64,000 bases of DNA from an uncultured Oscillospiraceae bacterium (GCA_900549825.1 URQB01000003.1:46117-110116), one strand, 5' to 3'. Numbered from the stretch's first letter, positions 49,008-58,049 are shown. Made by a program: numbers and translations. The notes: generated from the letters alone by a model not told the origin.

Positions 49008-51199
49008 AACGGCCCGAATGCTCCGGGATGCAACCGGACGCCGCAACGCAGTTGACCGAATCCGTGCTCCGCTTTTGCAACGGCGCGGTTTTGCTGCTGG
49101 CCGGCCTGTATGGGACCCTGCTCTGCTTTTTCCATACGTTCTCCCTGCCCGAGTCCGGGACGGCGCTTCTCTGGGCCCTGCCGACAGCCCTGCTGTTTCT
49201 CGTCATTTATTCTCTGCCGAAGCATAGGGGCATTGCCTATCTGGTTGCTTTTATCCTGTGGGGGATCGCCGCCTTTTTCGTGCTGCGCCAGATCGTGACC
49301 GGCGCGGTGTTCGTAGCGGAACAGTTTTCCACCCAGGCCTCTTCAGTGTTTACACAGCTCGGCCATTTCACACCGCCGCAGTCACAGGAGGAGCTGGCGG
49401 CCTGCCGCATGTTTTTCAGGGTCGTTCAGTTCCCTCTGACGGCGTACCTCGCTTGGGCGGTCATCAAGGCGCATAGTTTCTTTTTTTCCTTCCTTGTAAC
49501 GGCCCCGTTTCTCGCGATTGCCGCCGTGATGGGGCTGTTGCCGCCCGCGCTGCCGCTCGTGCTGCTCGTCGGCTTCTGGGCCGCTATGCTGCTTTCAGGC
49601 CGGGCGGGGCGGATGGGGGAACGGCAGGCAGCAAAGGCCGGGCTCCTGCTTGCGCCGTTCGCATTCCTCTTGACGGCGTTGGTGGTGCTCATCAATCCGG
49701 CGGAGGCATACCAACCCTCCGCCGGGGTCGTACAGGTGCGCAATACGGTCATTCAGGCGATCACTGAACTGTTTGATTCCAGCAGGCAGGATTCCCTGTC
49801 CTTCACAGGCTACGGCGCGCCGATGACCGGCTCCCCCGGCAGCACAGATCTGACGAATGCGGGAGAACTGCGGTTTACAGGCAAAACGGCGCTGCGCGTT
49901 CAAACGAAGCCGCAGGATTTTTATTTGCGCGGGTGGGCGGGGTCCGAATATACGGGTACCTCGTGGCAGTTGATCTCCGAAGATGCATATCGGAACATGC
50001 GCCCTTCCTTTCAGCCGTTGCTGTATACGGATCTTGTGCAGAGGGAGTTGAGCGAACAGAAACAATCGGAGGCGGCCGGCATCACAATTGAAAATATCGC
50101 GGCCAATCCATCCTATACGTATATGCCGTATTATTTTTCGCGGGGCGGTCTGGTCATAGAGAATGATTTTGTTCAGGATTCCTATCTGCTGATGGGCCGC
50201 GAGGATGGCACCTCTGTGAGCAAATATACGCTCTATTCCTATTTTAGCCCTTTGAGTGAAGCGCAGCAGAATCAGGTTTCCAGCTGGGTGAAGCAAATGG
50301 ATCGGGAATATGAAACGCAGATCATGAAGCGATATACACAACTGCCGGACGGTGTCCGGGACAGACTGCTCTCCTATGCGGAGAAGTCCGGGCTAAAGGC
50401 GGCGGATGATCCGGAGGATTGGCTGCGTGTTGCGCAGGCGGTGGCGCAGGTCGTTCAAAATGCCGGCACCTATACGGAAAGGCCGGGCGCGGTGCCGGAC
50501 GGGGAAGATTTTGTGCTGTATTTTCTGGAGGAGAATCCGCGGGGCTACTGCATCCATTTCGCAAGCGCGGCCGCCGCCCTGATGCGCGCGCTGCATGTAC
50601 CGGCGCGGTACGTGGAGGGCTACACGGTCAAAACCAGCAATTTTAAGGCGGATGGCAGCGCTGAAATCCCGGACCGGCAGGCACACGCCTGGGCCGAGGT
50701 ATGGGTGGACGGCCAGGGCTGGACGCCCATTGAGGCGACGCCCGGCGGGGCCGCGACGCTGCGTGAGAATCCGGATGCGGACGATGACCTGCCGGAGGAG
50801 ACCACGCTTCCCTCACAGACGCCGACTGCGAACGGATCGCTGAAACAATCGGGCGCGCAAACGTCCCATTGGCTCATCCCGCTTTTGGCCGGTTTGCTTC
50901 TGGCGGCGCTGGTTGCCGCGCGGCTGGAGCTGACCCGGCGGCGCAAGCTCGCCTTCCGCCAGAAGGACCGGAACCGGGCGGCGCTGGCAGTTTACGCCTA
51001 TTTATGCCGCCTCTCCCGCTTTGGGTATGCGATCAGCGGAGAGGCGCAGCGGATTGCGCGCAAGGCGAAGTTCAGCCGCCATACGCTCACGCGGGAAGAG
51101 CTTGCTGCCCTTCGGAAGGAGGCGGAGCAGGGGGAGAAATCCACCTACGCGGGGCTTCCGCTTTGGAAGAAGCTTTTATTCCGGATTTTAGTTTTCTAA
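49004..51199 (+). CDS. Transglutaminase-like membrane protein
   Basis: Its start overlaps the DUF58 stop (ATGA). It has a multi-TM N-terminal half and the core GYCIHFASAAAALMRALHVPARYVEGY...HAWAEVWVDGQGWTPIEATP (Cys-His-Asp transglutaminase fold). Confidence 0.8.
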   Translation: MKRPECSGMQPDAATQLTESVLRFCNGAVLLLAGLYGTLLCFFHTFSLPESGTALLWALPTALLFLVIYSLPKHRGIAYLVAFILWGIAAFFVLRQIVTGAVFVAEQFSTQASSVFTQLGHFTPPQSQEELAACRMFFRVVQFPLTAYLAWAVIKAHSFFFSFLVTAPFLAIAAVMGLLPPALPLVLLVGFWAAMLLSGRAGRMGERQAAKAGLLLAPFAFLLTALVVLINPAEAYQPSAGVVQVRNTVIQAITELFDSSRQDSLSFTGYGAPMTGSPGSTDLTNAGELRFTGKTALRVQTKPQDFYLRGWAGSEYTGTSWQLISEDAYRNMRPSFQPLLYTDLVQRELSEQKQSEAAGITIENIAANPSYTYMPYYFSRGGLVIENDFVQDSYLLMGREDGTSVSKYTLYSYFSPLSEAQQNQVSSWVKQMDREYETQIMKRYTQLPDGVRDRLLSYAEKSGLKAADDPEDWLRVAQAVAQVVQNAGTYTERPGAVPDGEDFVLYFLEENPRGYCIHFASAAAALMRALHVPARYVEGYTVKTSNFKADGSAEIPDRQAHAWAEVWVDGQGWTPIEATPGGAATLRENPDADDDLPEETTLPSQTPTANGSLKQSGAQTSHWLIPLLAGLLLAALVAARLELTRRRKLAFRQKDRNRAALAVYAYLCRLSRFGYAISGEAQRIARKAKFSRHTLTREELAALRKEAEQGEKSTYAGLPLWKKLLFRILVF

Positions 51200-51382
51200 A
51201 TATAGATATGGAGATACGGAAAAGGCGCGGCTTGAACAGGCTGCGTCTTTTTGCTTTCTTGCATCATATGACGTAAAATCTATGGAAAACAGTGGCAATC
51301 GGATGGGTTTTATGCTATAATAATTCCCTATTCTTCGTTTTAATCGAAAAAGCATGAGGAAAAGCATTGAGGAGGAGACCGG

Positions 51383-52912
51383 ATGTCAAGTAAGGTGTGG
51401 ATTTTTGCGGCCTTCGGCTGCTATCTGCTGGTGATGATGGGAATCGGTGTGTTTTACTATAAGCGCACCAAGAATTCGGAGGATTATTTCCTGGGCGGCC
51501 GCTCGCTCAACGGCTGGGTAGCGGCGCTGAGCGCACAGGCCTCGGATATGAGCGGCTGGCTCCTGATGGGCCTGCCCGGTGCGATTTATGCGTTCGGCAC
51601 AGGGCAAATCTGGATCGCGGTCGGTCTGGCGATCGGTACGATCCTGAACTGGATCCTCGTCGCCTCCCGCCTGCGGCGGTATACAATCAAAGCGGGGAAC
51701 TCCCTGACGCTGCCGGCATTTTTTGAAAACCGGTTTCAGGATCACACCAAGGTGCTCCGTGTGGCATCCTCCCTGTTTATTATGATCTTCTTTCTGGTCT
51801 ATACGGCCTCCGGCTTCTCCGCGGGTGCGAAGCTGTTTTCCTCCGTATTCGGGCTGGATTATACGCTCGCTCTTGTGATTGGTGTGGCTGTCATTTTGAT
51901 CTACACGTTTTTCGGCGGCTTTCTTGCCGTGTGCTGGACGGATTTTGTGCAGGGCTTTATGATGCTCATCTCCCTGATGGTGGTGCCCGTGATCGCACTC
52001 GCTATGCTGGGCGGCCCGGGTGAGGCAAAGGCTGCGCTGGATTCGATCGGCGTCCATTTCCTCAATCCGCTCTATGATAACGGCAAGCCCATGGGCTTTG
52101 TCAGCATCCTTTCCCAGCTCGCTTGGGGCCTTGGCTATTTCGGCATGCCGCATATCCTGATCCGCTTCATGGCGATCAAAAATGAGGACGAGGTGCGTAA
52201 ATCCCGCAAAGTGGCGATCGCCTGGGTGGTCATTTCCCTGTCCGCCGCCTGCTTCCTGGGCGCGATCGGGCGCGCGTTTTTCCTGGATCAACCGATCAGC
52301 AACTCCGAAAATGTGTTCATTGAAATGATCGGCGAAGTCTTCACCAACCATCTGGGGATTCCCTTCGTCGGCGGCCTGCTGCTGTGCGGCATTTTGGCTG
52401 CGATCATGTCCACGGCGGACTCCCAGCTGCTCGTAACCGCCTCCTCAATCTCTGAGGACGTCTATCAGGGCGTCATCCGTAAAAATGCGAGCGATAAGAG
52501 CATGCTGCGCGTCAGCCGCATCACGGTGCTGGTGGTCAGTGCGATTGCCTTTATCATCGCGCTTGATCCCAACAGCAGCGTAATGGGCCTTGTTTCCAAC
52601 GCATGGGCGGGCTTCGGCGCGACCTTCGGCCCGGTTGTGATTCTGGCGCTGTTCTGGAAACGGTCGAATTTTGCGGGCGCTGCCTCCGGCATGATCGCGG
52701 GCGGCATAACCGTGATCGTTTGGGATTATATCAAATTCGGCGGGGAAACGCTGGCAACGCGCACGGGGCTGTATTCTCTGGTGCCCGGCTTTGCGCTCGG
52801 GCTGGTTTTGATGATTGCGGTCAGCCTGCTGACGAAGGCTCCCTCCAAGGAGATGCTGGAGGATTATGATGCGGTCGCCTCCCGGAAGGAAATATCCGAA
52901 ACAGTGAAATAA
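51383..52912 (+). CDS. putP: Sodium:proline symporter
   Basis: 509 aa SSS-family protein: ...EDYFLGGRSLNGWVAALSAQASDMSGWLLMGLPGAIY... Confidence 0.88.
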   Translation: MSSKVWIFAAFGCYLLVMMGIGVFYYKRTKNSEDYFLGGRSLNGWVAALSAQASDMSGWLLMGLPGAIYAFGTGQIWIAVGLAIGTILNWILVASRLRRYTIKAGNSLTLPAFFENRFQDHTKVLRVASSLFIMIFFLVYTASGFSAGAKLFSSVFGLDYTLALVIGVAVILIYTFFGGFLAVCWTDFVQGFMMLISLMVVPVIALAMLGGPGEAKAALDSIGVHFLNPLYDNGKPMGFVSILSQLAWGLGYFGMPHILIRFMAIKNEDEVRKSRKVAIAWVVISLSAACFLGAIGRAFFLDQPISNSENVFIEMIGEVFTNHLGIPFVGGLLLCGILAAIMSTADSQLLVTASSISEDVYQGVIRKNASDKSMLRVSRITVLVVSAIAFIIALDPNSSVMGLVSNAWAGFGATFGPVVILALFWKRSNFAGAASGMIAGGITVIVWDYIKFGGETLATRTGLYSLVPGFALGLVLMIAVSLLTKAPSKEMLEDYDAVASRKEISETVK

Positions 52913-53054
52913 ACGTACGCTTTTGTCTCTTCAGAGGGCTGCCCACGCAGCCCTCTTTTTCGTTACAAGGCATGTTCCGCCCGCCTTTCTCATAAGATGA
53001 AAATACGGATAAAACCGAAGGAGAGCTTCCGAAAAACGGTGATGGGAATGGGCG

Positions 53055-54278
53055 GTGACAGTCACGTTGCAGACGAAGGAAACAAACAGGCTGAATATCA
53101 TATTATCCGTCGTCATCTGCCTCGCGCTCGGTGCGCTAAGTGTTTTTGGCGTAGCGCAGGGCGTGGAAGAGCACGCGAGAAAGGTACAGGCGGCGCAGGG
53201 CGTAGAGACAGCGGCACCCTCCAGCCTTGCACCTGCAGATTCGCTGACCTCCTCCACGCAGACGGATACAACACAGGCCTCCTATATCAAGTGGGTGGAG
53301 TTCAACGCGCCCTACGCCGCTCTGAGCGACACGCTGGCGCTCGATATCAAAACGCATGAAGATGGGAAGGGGCCGCACGTCAGCTGGATCGATTCGCTCG
53401 CCTGGCTTGCCTGTAAGAATGGGGGCAACTGGAAAGGCTATAAATCGACCCAGCTGCAAAAGCTCAAGGATGCGCTGGCGGATGGGAAAACGGTCGACGA
53501 GCTGATGGCGGATAACAAATACTACGATTATTATAAGCGAGCCTATACGGCTGTGCTCGGCGGCATGGTGGGCGAATATGAAAAGGAGGCCCCGGACAAG
53601 GAGCACGAGGGCCAGAAGATCATTGTCAAAAAATACGGGCTGAAGGCCTATTGCCCGATTGCAGAGGGCTTTGGCTACAGCCATTACGATGATTTCGGCG
53701 ATTCGCGCTCCTACGGCTACCGCAGGCGGCATCTTGGCAACGATCTGCTGGGGGCGATCGGCACACCGATCGTTGCGGTGGAGGGTGGCATCGTGGAGGC
53801 GTACGGCTGGAACCAATACGGCGGCTGGCGGCTGGGCATCCGCAGCTTTGACGGCAAGCGATCTTATTATTACGCGCATCTGCGCAAGGGGCACCCCTAT
53901 CAGACGGGCATTCAGCTTGGCTCCAAGGTCAAGGCTGGGCAGGTGATCGGATATCTCGGCTCCACAGGCTATTCGACCAAGGAGGATAAGAACGGCATGA
54001 CGCAGCCACATCTGCACATCGGCCTGCAACTGATTTTTGACGAATCGCAGAAAGAGGGGATCAACCAGATCTGGCTGAACCTTTACCCGCTTATCGAGCT
54101 TTTGAACCGCAACAAGGCGACGGTTGTGCGCGATGAAGAATCGAAGGAATATTTCCGTAAATATGATATTTTTGACCCGGCCTATCCGAAGGAATTGCAG
54201 GAAAAGCCAAAGACGACGGCTCCGCCCGCCACGACGACACAGGCGCAGACGACGCAGCAGGCTTCGGCGACACAATAA
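53055..54278 (+). CDS. M23 family metallopeptidase, membrane anchored
   Basis: GTG start (uncertain) and a TM segment LNIILSVVICLALGALSVFGV. ...HLGNDLLGAIGTPIVAVEGGIV...YYYAHL...GSTGYS...PHLHIGLQ contains the HxxxD and HxH motifs. Confidence 0.8.
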   Translation: MTVTLQTKETNRLNIILSVVICLALGALSVFGVAQGVEEHARKVQAAQGVETAAPSSLAPADSLTSSTQTDTTQASYIKWVEFNAPYAALSDTLALDIKTHEDGKGPHVSWIDSLAWLACKNGGNWKGYKSTQLQKLKDALADGKTVDELMADNKYYDYYKRAYTAVLGGMVGEYEKEAPDKEHEGQKIIVKKYGLKAYCPIAEGFGYSHYDDFGDSRSYGYRRRHLGNDLLGAIGTPIVAVEGGIVEAYGWNQYGGWRLGIRSFDGKRSYYYAHLRKGHPYQTGIQLGSKVKAGQVIGYLGSTGYSTKEDKNGMTQPHLHIGLQLIFDESQKEGINQIWLNLYPLIELLNRNKATVVRDEESKEYFRKYDIFDPAYPKELQEKPKTTAPPATTTQAQTTQQASATQ

Positions 54279-54335
54279 GATTGAATAGTAAAAGGCTTTG
54301 GGCCGCCGCATTTTCAGCGGCGGCCCCTGTTTGTG

Positions 54336-54764
54336 CTACAACAGGTGGACTTTCGTTGCGGTGAGGACGGCCTGATAGCCTGTATGGGCTTCGCCATAGG
54401 CATTCATGAGTGCCTTGAGGCGGTTGCGCCCGGCGGGTGTGATCTGGTAGTAAATGCGCATCTGCCGTTTTTCACAATCAGAGGTGTAGGTTGTGATGTA
54501 GCCCCTGCCCAACATGCGATATAACGTGGGATACATGGCTCCTTCCGGAATGCGAAAACATCCGCCGCTGTATGCCTTAATGGACTGGCTGATCTCATAG
54601 CCGTAAGTATCGCTTTTGCTTAGGCGGGCGAGGATTAAACATTCGGTGAGCGCTTTCATGAAATTGTCTTTTGCCTTTTGGAGTGCTTCCTCTTCGCTGA
54701 TAGGTGGATTTCGCTTTTCCCTGTAGCGGACGATAGCTTGTTGAATTTTTGATTTGTGCATCAT
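54336..54764 (-). CDS. PadR family transcriptional regulator
   Basis: ORF 54336..55067 trimmed to MMHKSKIQQ... after AAAGGAG. ...LILARLSKSDTYGYEISQSIK...IPEGAMYPTLYRMLGRGYI...YYQITPAGRNRL. Confidence 0.8.
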   Translation of the reverse strand: MMHKSKIQQAIVRYREKRNPPISEEEALQKAKDNFMKALTECLILARLSKSDTYGYEISQSIKAYSGGCFRIPEGAMYPTLYRMLGRGYITTYTSDCEKRQMRIYYQITPAGRNRLKALMNAYGEAHTGYQAVLTATKVHLL

Positions 54765-54840
54765 TAACAGCTCCTTTTGATCATTTAGCCGGATGAAACC
54801 GGCAGCGTGCAACATATTATGACGTTCCCCTGACACTCTG

Positions 54841-55329
54841 TCAGGGGATTTTTTCATCCCATCCCTCCTCTGCCAGATTGATGACCGGAACGCCCCTGCG
54901 CCGCGCATACTGCACCGTATATGCCGTGCCGCCTTGATCGCTTGTGCAATAGCAAACGCAAACGTCGCTGTGATCGACCATGTAGCGGTTCCGCTCGAAC
55001 ATACAGCTCCGCGTGTAACGCTCGGAAAGATATACCACCTCATCCGCCCGCCGTTTGATGGATTCATAGAGCAGCCTGTCCGTTTCCCGCCATTGTTCCG
55101 CCTGATCGCGGCAGGGGAGGGCCAGAATCAGCTTCACCTGCGGGTGGAACCGCCGCGCTTTCAAAACGGCCTGCGCTGCGAGCGTATCAAAGCCCAAGGC
55201 TCCGCCGCAATAAAAGGTGGTGATGCCCTGCTTGATCAATTGTTTGATGATTTTTTGCAGCCGCTTTTGCAAGTTTAAAAAATCGTCTTGTGGAATTCTT
55301 CGATGGCCTGTAAAGCTGCAACTATTCAC
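54841..55329 (-). CDS. DUF1273 / YpsA-type SLOG family protein
   Basis: MNSCSFTGHRRIPQ...TFYCGGALGFDTLAAQAVLKAR...LILALPCRDQAEQW...GGTAYTVQYARRRGVPVINL. 162 aa. Confidence 0.75.
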   Translation of the reverse strand: MNSCSFTGHRRIPQDDFLNLQKRLQKIIKQLIKQGITTFYCGGALGFDTLAAQAVLKARRFHPQVKLILALPCRDQAEQWRETDRLLYESIKRRADEVVYLSERYTRSCMFERNRYMVDHSDVCVCYCTSDQGGTAYTVQYARRRGVPVINLAEEGWDEKIP

Positions 55330-55355
55330 AAAAAAGGCCGCCTTTCAGCTCGATA

Positions 55356-55396
55356 TAAGGGAATATCCCTTAAAACTGTCTAAGGGATATTCCCTT
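55356..55396. promoter_or_regulatory. Two adjacent palindromic operator-like sites in the divergent DUF1273/XRE intergenic region
   Basis: TAAGGGAATATCCCTTA (55356-55372) and AAGGGATATTCCCTT (55382-55396) are both perfect palindromes, 30-70 nt upstream of the XRE ATG. Confidence 0.5.
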
Positions 55397-55428
55397 GATA
55401 CATACTTACATCAAGGAGATGATATTTT

Positions 55429-55659
55429 ATGTATCAACGGATACGCGATTTACGCGAAGATCAAGATTTATCTCAAAAAGATATTGCTGCTTATCTACAT
55501 ATTCACCAGACGACGTACTCAGATTATGAGTTGGGGGAATTAAATATTTCAATTCCCATGTTGATTAAACTGGCGGAATTTTACAACACGAGTGTAGACT
55601 ACCTTTTGGATTTAACGGATGAACGCAGGCCATATCCTAGAAAAAAACAAAAACTTTAA
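55429..55659 (+). CDS. XRE-family HTH protein (76 aa)
   Basis: MYQRIRDLREDQDLSQKDIAAYLHIHQTTYSDYELGELNISIPMLIKLAEFYNTSVDYLLDLTD, preceded by AAGGAG. Confidence 0.75.
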   Translation: MYQRIRDLREDQDLSQKDIAAYLHIHQTTYSDYELGELNISIPMLIKLAEFYNTSVDYLLDLTDERRPYPRKKQKL

Positions 55660-55781
55660 AACGATACGGATTATAGACGAAAATGGTATTTTTCATGATT
55701 CGGATAGCAGGATATTACCGAACAATGCGGACTATCGATCAAGTTTTATAATCAAAATATGTATTCTTTAAATTTAATAAA

Positions 55782-55799
55782 TTACTATAACTATAGTAA
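55782..55799. promoter_or_regulatory. Palindromic operator-like site upstream of the XRE gene at 55877
   Basis: TTACTATAACTATAGTAA is a perfect 8+8 palindrome. A TTGTCA-17-TATTAT promoter lies about 20 nt downstream. Confidence 0.4.
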
Positions 55800-55876
55800 C
55801 TATTATTGAGTGAATTGTCAAGCATTTCTAATAAGATTATTATATAAGTATTGTTTAGGGAAGGAGATAAAATCTT

Positions 55877-56170
55877 ATGGATCAGAAGCGTTCCACTCCA
55901 GAAGATTCTCTCGTTGCCTTAAAAGACCACGGCAGAATTGAGGTTCGGCTCAAAGAAATCCTGGATTCCCGCGGCATGAAGCGGAATACGCTGGCCAGAG
56001 CAATTGGCTGCCGGTTTGAAGTGGTCAACCGGTGGTGCCAAAATGAATTGCAGGAAATCGATACGGACACGCTTGCCAAACTTTGCTGCTATTTTCACTG
56101 TTCCGTCGGGGATATCCTGCAATTTTGTGAACCCGAAAGGGAGTTCACCACATCCGATCCTGAAAAATAA
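55877..56170 (+). CDS. XRE-family HTH protein (97 aa)
   Basis: ...VRLKEILDSRGMKRNTLARAIGCRFEVVNRWCQNELQEIDTDTLAKLCCYFHCSVGDILQF, preceded by GGAAGGAG. Confidence 0.65.
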   Translation: MDQKRSTPEDSLVALKDHGRIEVRLKEILDSRGMKRNTLARAIGCRFEVVNRWCQNELQEIDTDTLAKLCCYFHCSVGDILQFCEPEREFTTSDPEK

Positions 56171-56183
56171 ACAGGGGCTATTG

Positions 56184-56643
56184 TCAAAATTCTTGCTTCC
56201 CCCGACCATGCGTCAGGGGATTTTTCATTCGCCCCGGCCAAATGACCGGAACGCCCTTTTGCCGCGCATAATTCACCGTATATGCCGTGCCGCCTTGACC
56301 GCTCGAGCAGGCAGCTTCGCGTGTAACGCTCGGCGAGATATATCACCTCATCCGCCTGCCATTTGATGGATTCATAGAGCAGCCTGTCCGCTTCCCGCCA
56401 ATGCTCCGCCTGATCGGGGCAGGGGAGGGCCAGAATCAGCTTCACCCGAGGATGGAACCGCCGCGCTTTCAAAACGGCCTGCGCCGCGAGCGTGTCAAAG
56501 CCCAGCGCTCCGCCGCAATAAAAGGCGGTTATGTCACGGTGGAGCAGTGCCTTTACAGTTTGGTGAAGGCGCTTTTGCACGGTGGATCGTTCGGCTTCTG
56601 GAATTTTTCGATGGCCGGTGAAACAACAGGATGATCCATACAT
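56184..56643 (-). pseudogene. Second DUF1273/SLOG copy, disrupted by an internal deletion and frameshift
   Basis: It starts MYGSSCCFTGHRKIPE...AFYCGGALGFDTLAAQAVLKARRFHPRVKLILALPC...ERYTRSC. About 50 nt present in the copy at 54950-55000 are then missing. The conserved C-terminus GQGGTAYTVNYARQKGVPVI continues in another frame. Confidence 0.7.
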
Positions 56644-56693
56644 TTTTTCTCCTTTTCGTAATATAAAGAATATTTTTTTAAAAATCTGCCAAC

Positions 56694-56711
56694 TTAACTC
56701 AAATGAGTTAA
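56694..56711. promoter_or_regulatory. Palindromic operator-like site upstream of the XRE gene at 56774
   Basis: TTAACTCAAATGAGTTAA is a perfect inverted repeat. An extra half-site GTTAACTCAT lies at 56741-56750. Confidence 0.45.
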
Positions 56712-56773
56712 CCTTTTGCAAAATAATAAGCTAACCTAAAGTTAACTCATTTTAGTATAGGAGATCATAAAAA

Positions 56774-57016
56774 ATGCGTATTGGTGAAGCTGTTAAAAAA
56801 CGGATCATAGCTCTTTGTGAAGAAAATAAAATTACGGTCAACATGCTGGCGACAATCAGTGGAGTTCCGCAATCGACACTTAATAATATTGTAAGTGAAA
56901 GGAATCGTGGTACTACAGTTTCTACTCTCCAAAAGCTTTGTGATGGATTAAATATTTCTATCATTGACTTTTTTAATGTCGAAATCTTTAAAAATATCGA
57001 TCAAGAGATCAAATAG
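56774..57016 (+). CDS. XRE-family HTH protein (80 aa)
   Basis: MRIGEAVKKRIIALCEENKITVNMLATISGVPQSTLNNIVSERNRGTTVSTLQKLCDGLNISIIDFF, preceded by TAGGAG. Confidence 0.75.
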   Translation: MRIGEAVKKRIIALCEENKITVNMLATISGVPQSTLNNIVSERNRGTTVSTLQKLCDGLNISIIDFFNVEIFKNIDQEIK

Positions 57017-57105
57017 CTGTCTTTTCAATCACATTATAGTCTATTTTACGACCATGGTCAAGTATTTAATCATAAAAGATAATTAGTATGAGGAGGATTA
57101 TCAAT

Positions 57106-57324
57106 ATGATTATTTACGATCGATTTTGGCAAACACTAAAGAAGCGTCATGTTAGCACCTATTCCCTTATAAACGACTATCATATTAGCAGTAGTACACT
57201 AGATCGATTGAGAAAAAACCTTCCACTTACTACCGTAACATTAAATGATCTTTGTCGCATTTTAAATTGTGAATTACAAGATATTGCCGAATACATTCCC
57301 TCAGATACAGATCAAAGGCTATAA
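57106..57324 (+). CDS. Small HTH (XRE-like) protein (72 aa)
   Basis: ORF 57088 trimmed to the ATG at 57106 after GAGGAGGA: MIIYDRFWQTLKKRHVSTYSLINDYHISSSTLDRLRKNLPLTTVTLNDLCRILNCELQDIAEY. Confidence 0.65.
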   Translation: MIIYDRFWQTLKKRHVSTYSLINDYHISSSTLDRLRKNLPLTTVTLNDLCRILNCELQDIAEYIPSDTDQRL

Positions 57325-57540
57325 TATTCGTTATGTATCATTTTAACGCTTTCATTACGATAAAAAATAGGTTCATGCCATGTCATTAAAAATGACCACT
57401 CGTACTCGTTGATAAAAGTATCTTAACAGTTTTTTGCTTGTATTTTAGGGCAAAATTGACCTATTAAAATTTCAAGTCCCCGGTCAAGCATTGAATTCTT
57501 GACCGGGGACAGCTTACCAATTTATATTGTGCTACTTGTA

Positions 57541-57569
57541 TTGACAAACAGCTTTCTTCACGTTAAAAT
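57541..57569 (+). promoter_or_regulatory. Promoter of small RNA 1
   Basis: TTGACA (57541-57546), 17 nt, then TAAAAT (57564-57569). Confidence 0.6.
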
Positions 57570-57575
57570 ATAAAT

Positions 57576-57664
57576 GAACGATGGCACTACCCTTTTCGGC
57601 GGTTAGCGTCCCAATTTGCTCAGACTAGCTGCAACATTGGAACTGGGGCAGCTAGTCTTTTTTT
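57576..57664 (+). ncRNA. Candidate ~89-nt antisense RNA 1 (putative type I antitoxin)
   Basis: Predicted start is about 7 nt after the -10 element. It ends in the stem agactagctgc/gcagctagtct (57622-57632 / 57649-57659) followed by seven T (57658-57664). No ORF. Its 3' part is antisense to the peptide ORF stop region. Confidence 0.5.
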
Positions 57665-57717
57665 ATTGCGAGCACGAGCAACAAAATCAAAGTGAAAATA
57701 ATGATTATGTACTCCAT
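57652..57717 (-). CDS. 21-aa hydrophobic peptide MEYIIIIFTLILLLVLAIKKD (putative type I toxin), copy 1
   Basis: ATG at 57717, with GGAGGTGA 5 nt upstream. The TAG stop at 57652-57654 lies inside the shared terminator hairpin. The second copy encodes an identical peptide and differs only by synonymous changes. Confidence 0.6.
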   Translation of the reverse strand: MEYIIIIFTLILLLVLAIKKD

Positions 57718-57816
57718 GCGCCTCACCTCCCTCCCGCGCAAAACAATGCGCAAGGAGAAAGGACGCTAACTGCCTACCGCTGAGGTAGTGCCACCGGTGG
57801 CATTTGCCACGTGTCA

Positions 57817-57845
57817 ATTATATATTGTGAATCCTTATCAGTCAA
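57817..57845 (-). promoter_or_regulatory. Promoter of peptide mRNA 1
   Basis: The minus strand reads TTGACT (57845-57840), 17 nt, then TATAAT (57822-57817). Confidence 0.6.
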
Positions 57846-57864
57846 TATTTAACAGACAATTCCC

Positions 57865-57912
57865 GCAAAAAAATCGAAGCCTGACGAATTTACGATTTGG
57901 CCTCGATTTTTC
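57865..57912. terminator. Bidirectional hairpin between the two modules
   Basis: aaatcgaagcc/ggcctcgattt (one mismatch) is flanked by an A-run on one side and a T-run on the other. On the minus strand it is followed by tttttttgcggg, so it can terminate peptide mRNA 2. Confidence 0.5.
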
Positions 57913-57924
57913 ATCTGACAGGTA

Positions 57925-57953
57925 TTGACAAACGGTTTGCCACACGCTACAAT
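57925..57953 (+). promoter_or_regulatory. Promoter of small RNA 2
   Basis: TTGACA (57925-57930), 17 nt, then TACAAT (57948-57953). Confidence 0.6.
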
Positions 57954-57959
57954 ATAGAT

Positions 57960-58049
57960 GAACGATGGCACTACCCGTTTCGGCGGTTAGCGTCCTCCAA
58001 CGATTAGACTAGCTGATCCATTGGGAAACGGGGCAGCTAGTCTTTTTTT
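57960..58049 (+). ncRNA. Candidate ~90-nt antisense RNA 2 (putative type I antitoxin)
   Basis: It has the same 5' sequence gaacgatggcactaccc(g/t)tttcggcggttagcgtcc as RNA 1. The stem agactagctg/cagctagtct (58006-58015 / 58034-58043) is followed by seven T. Confidence 0.5.
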
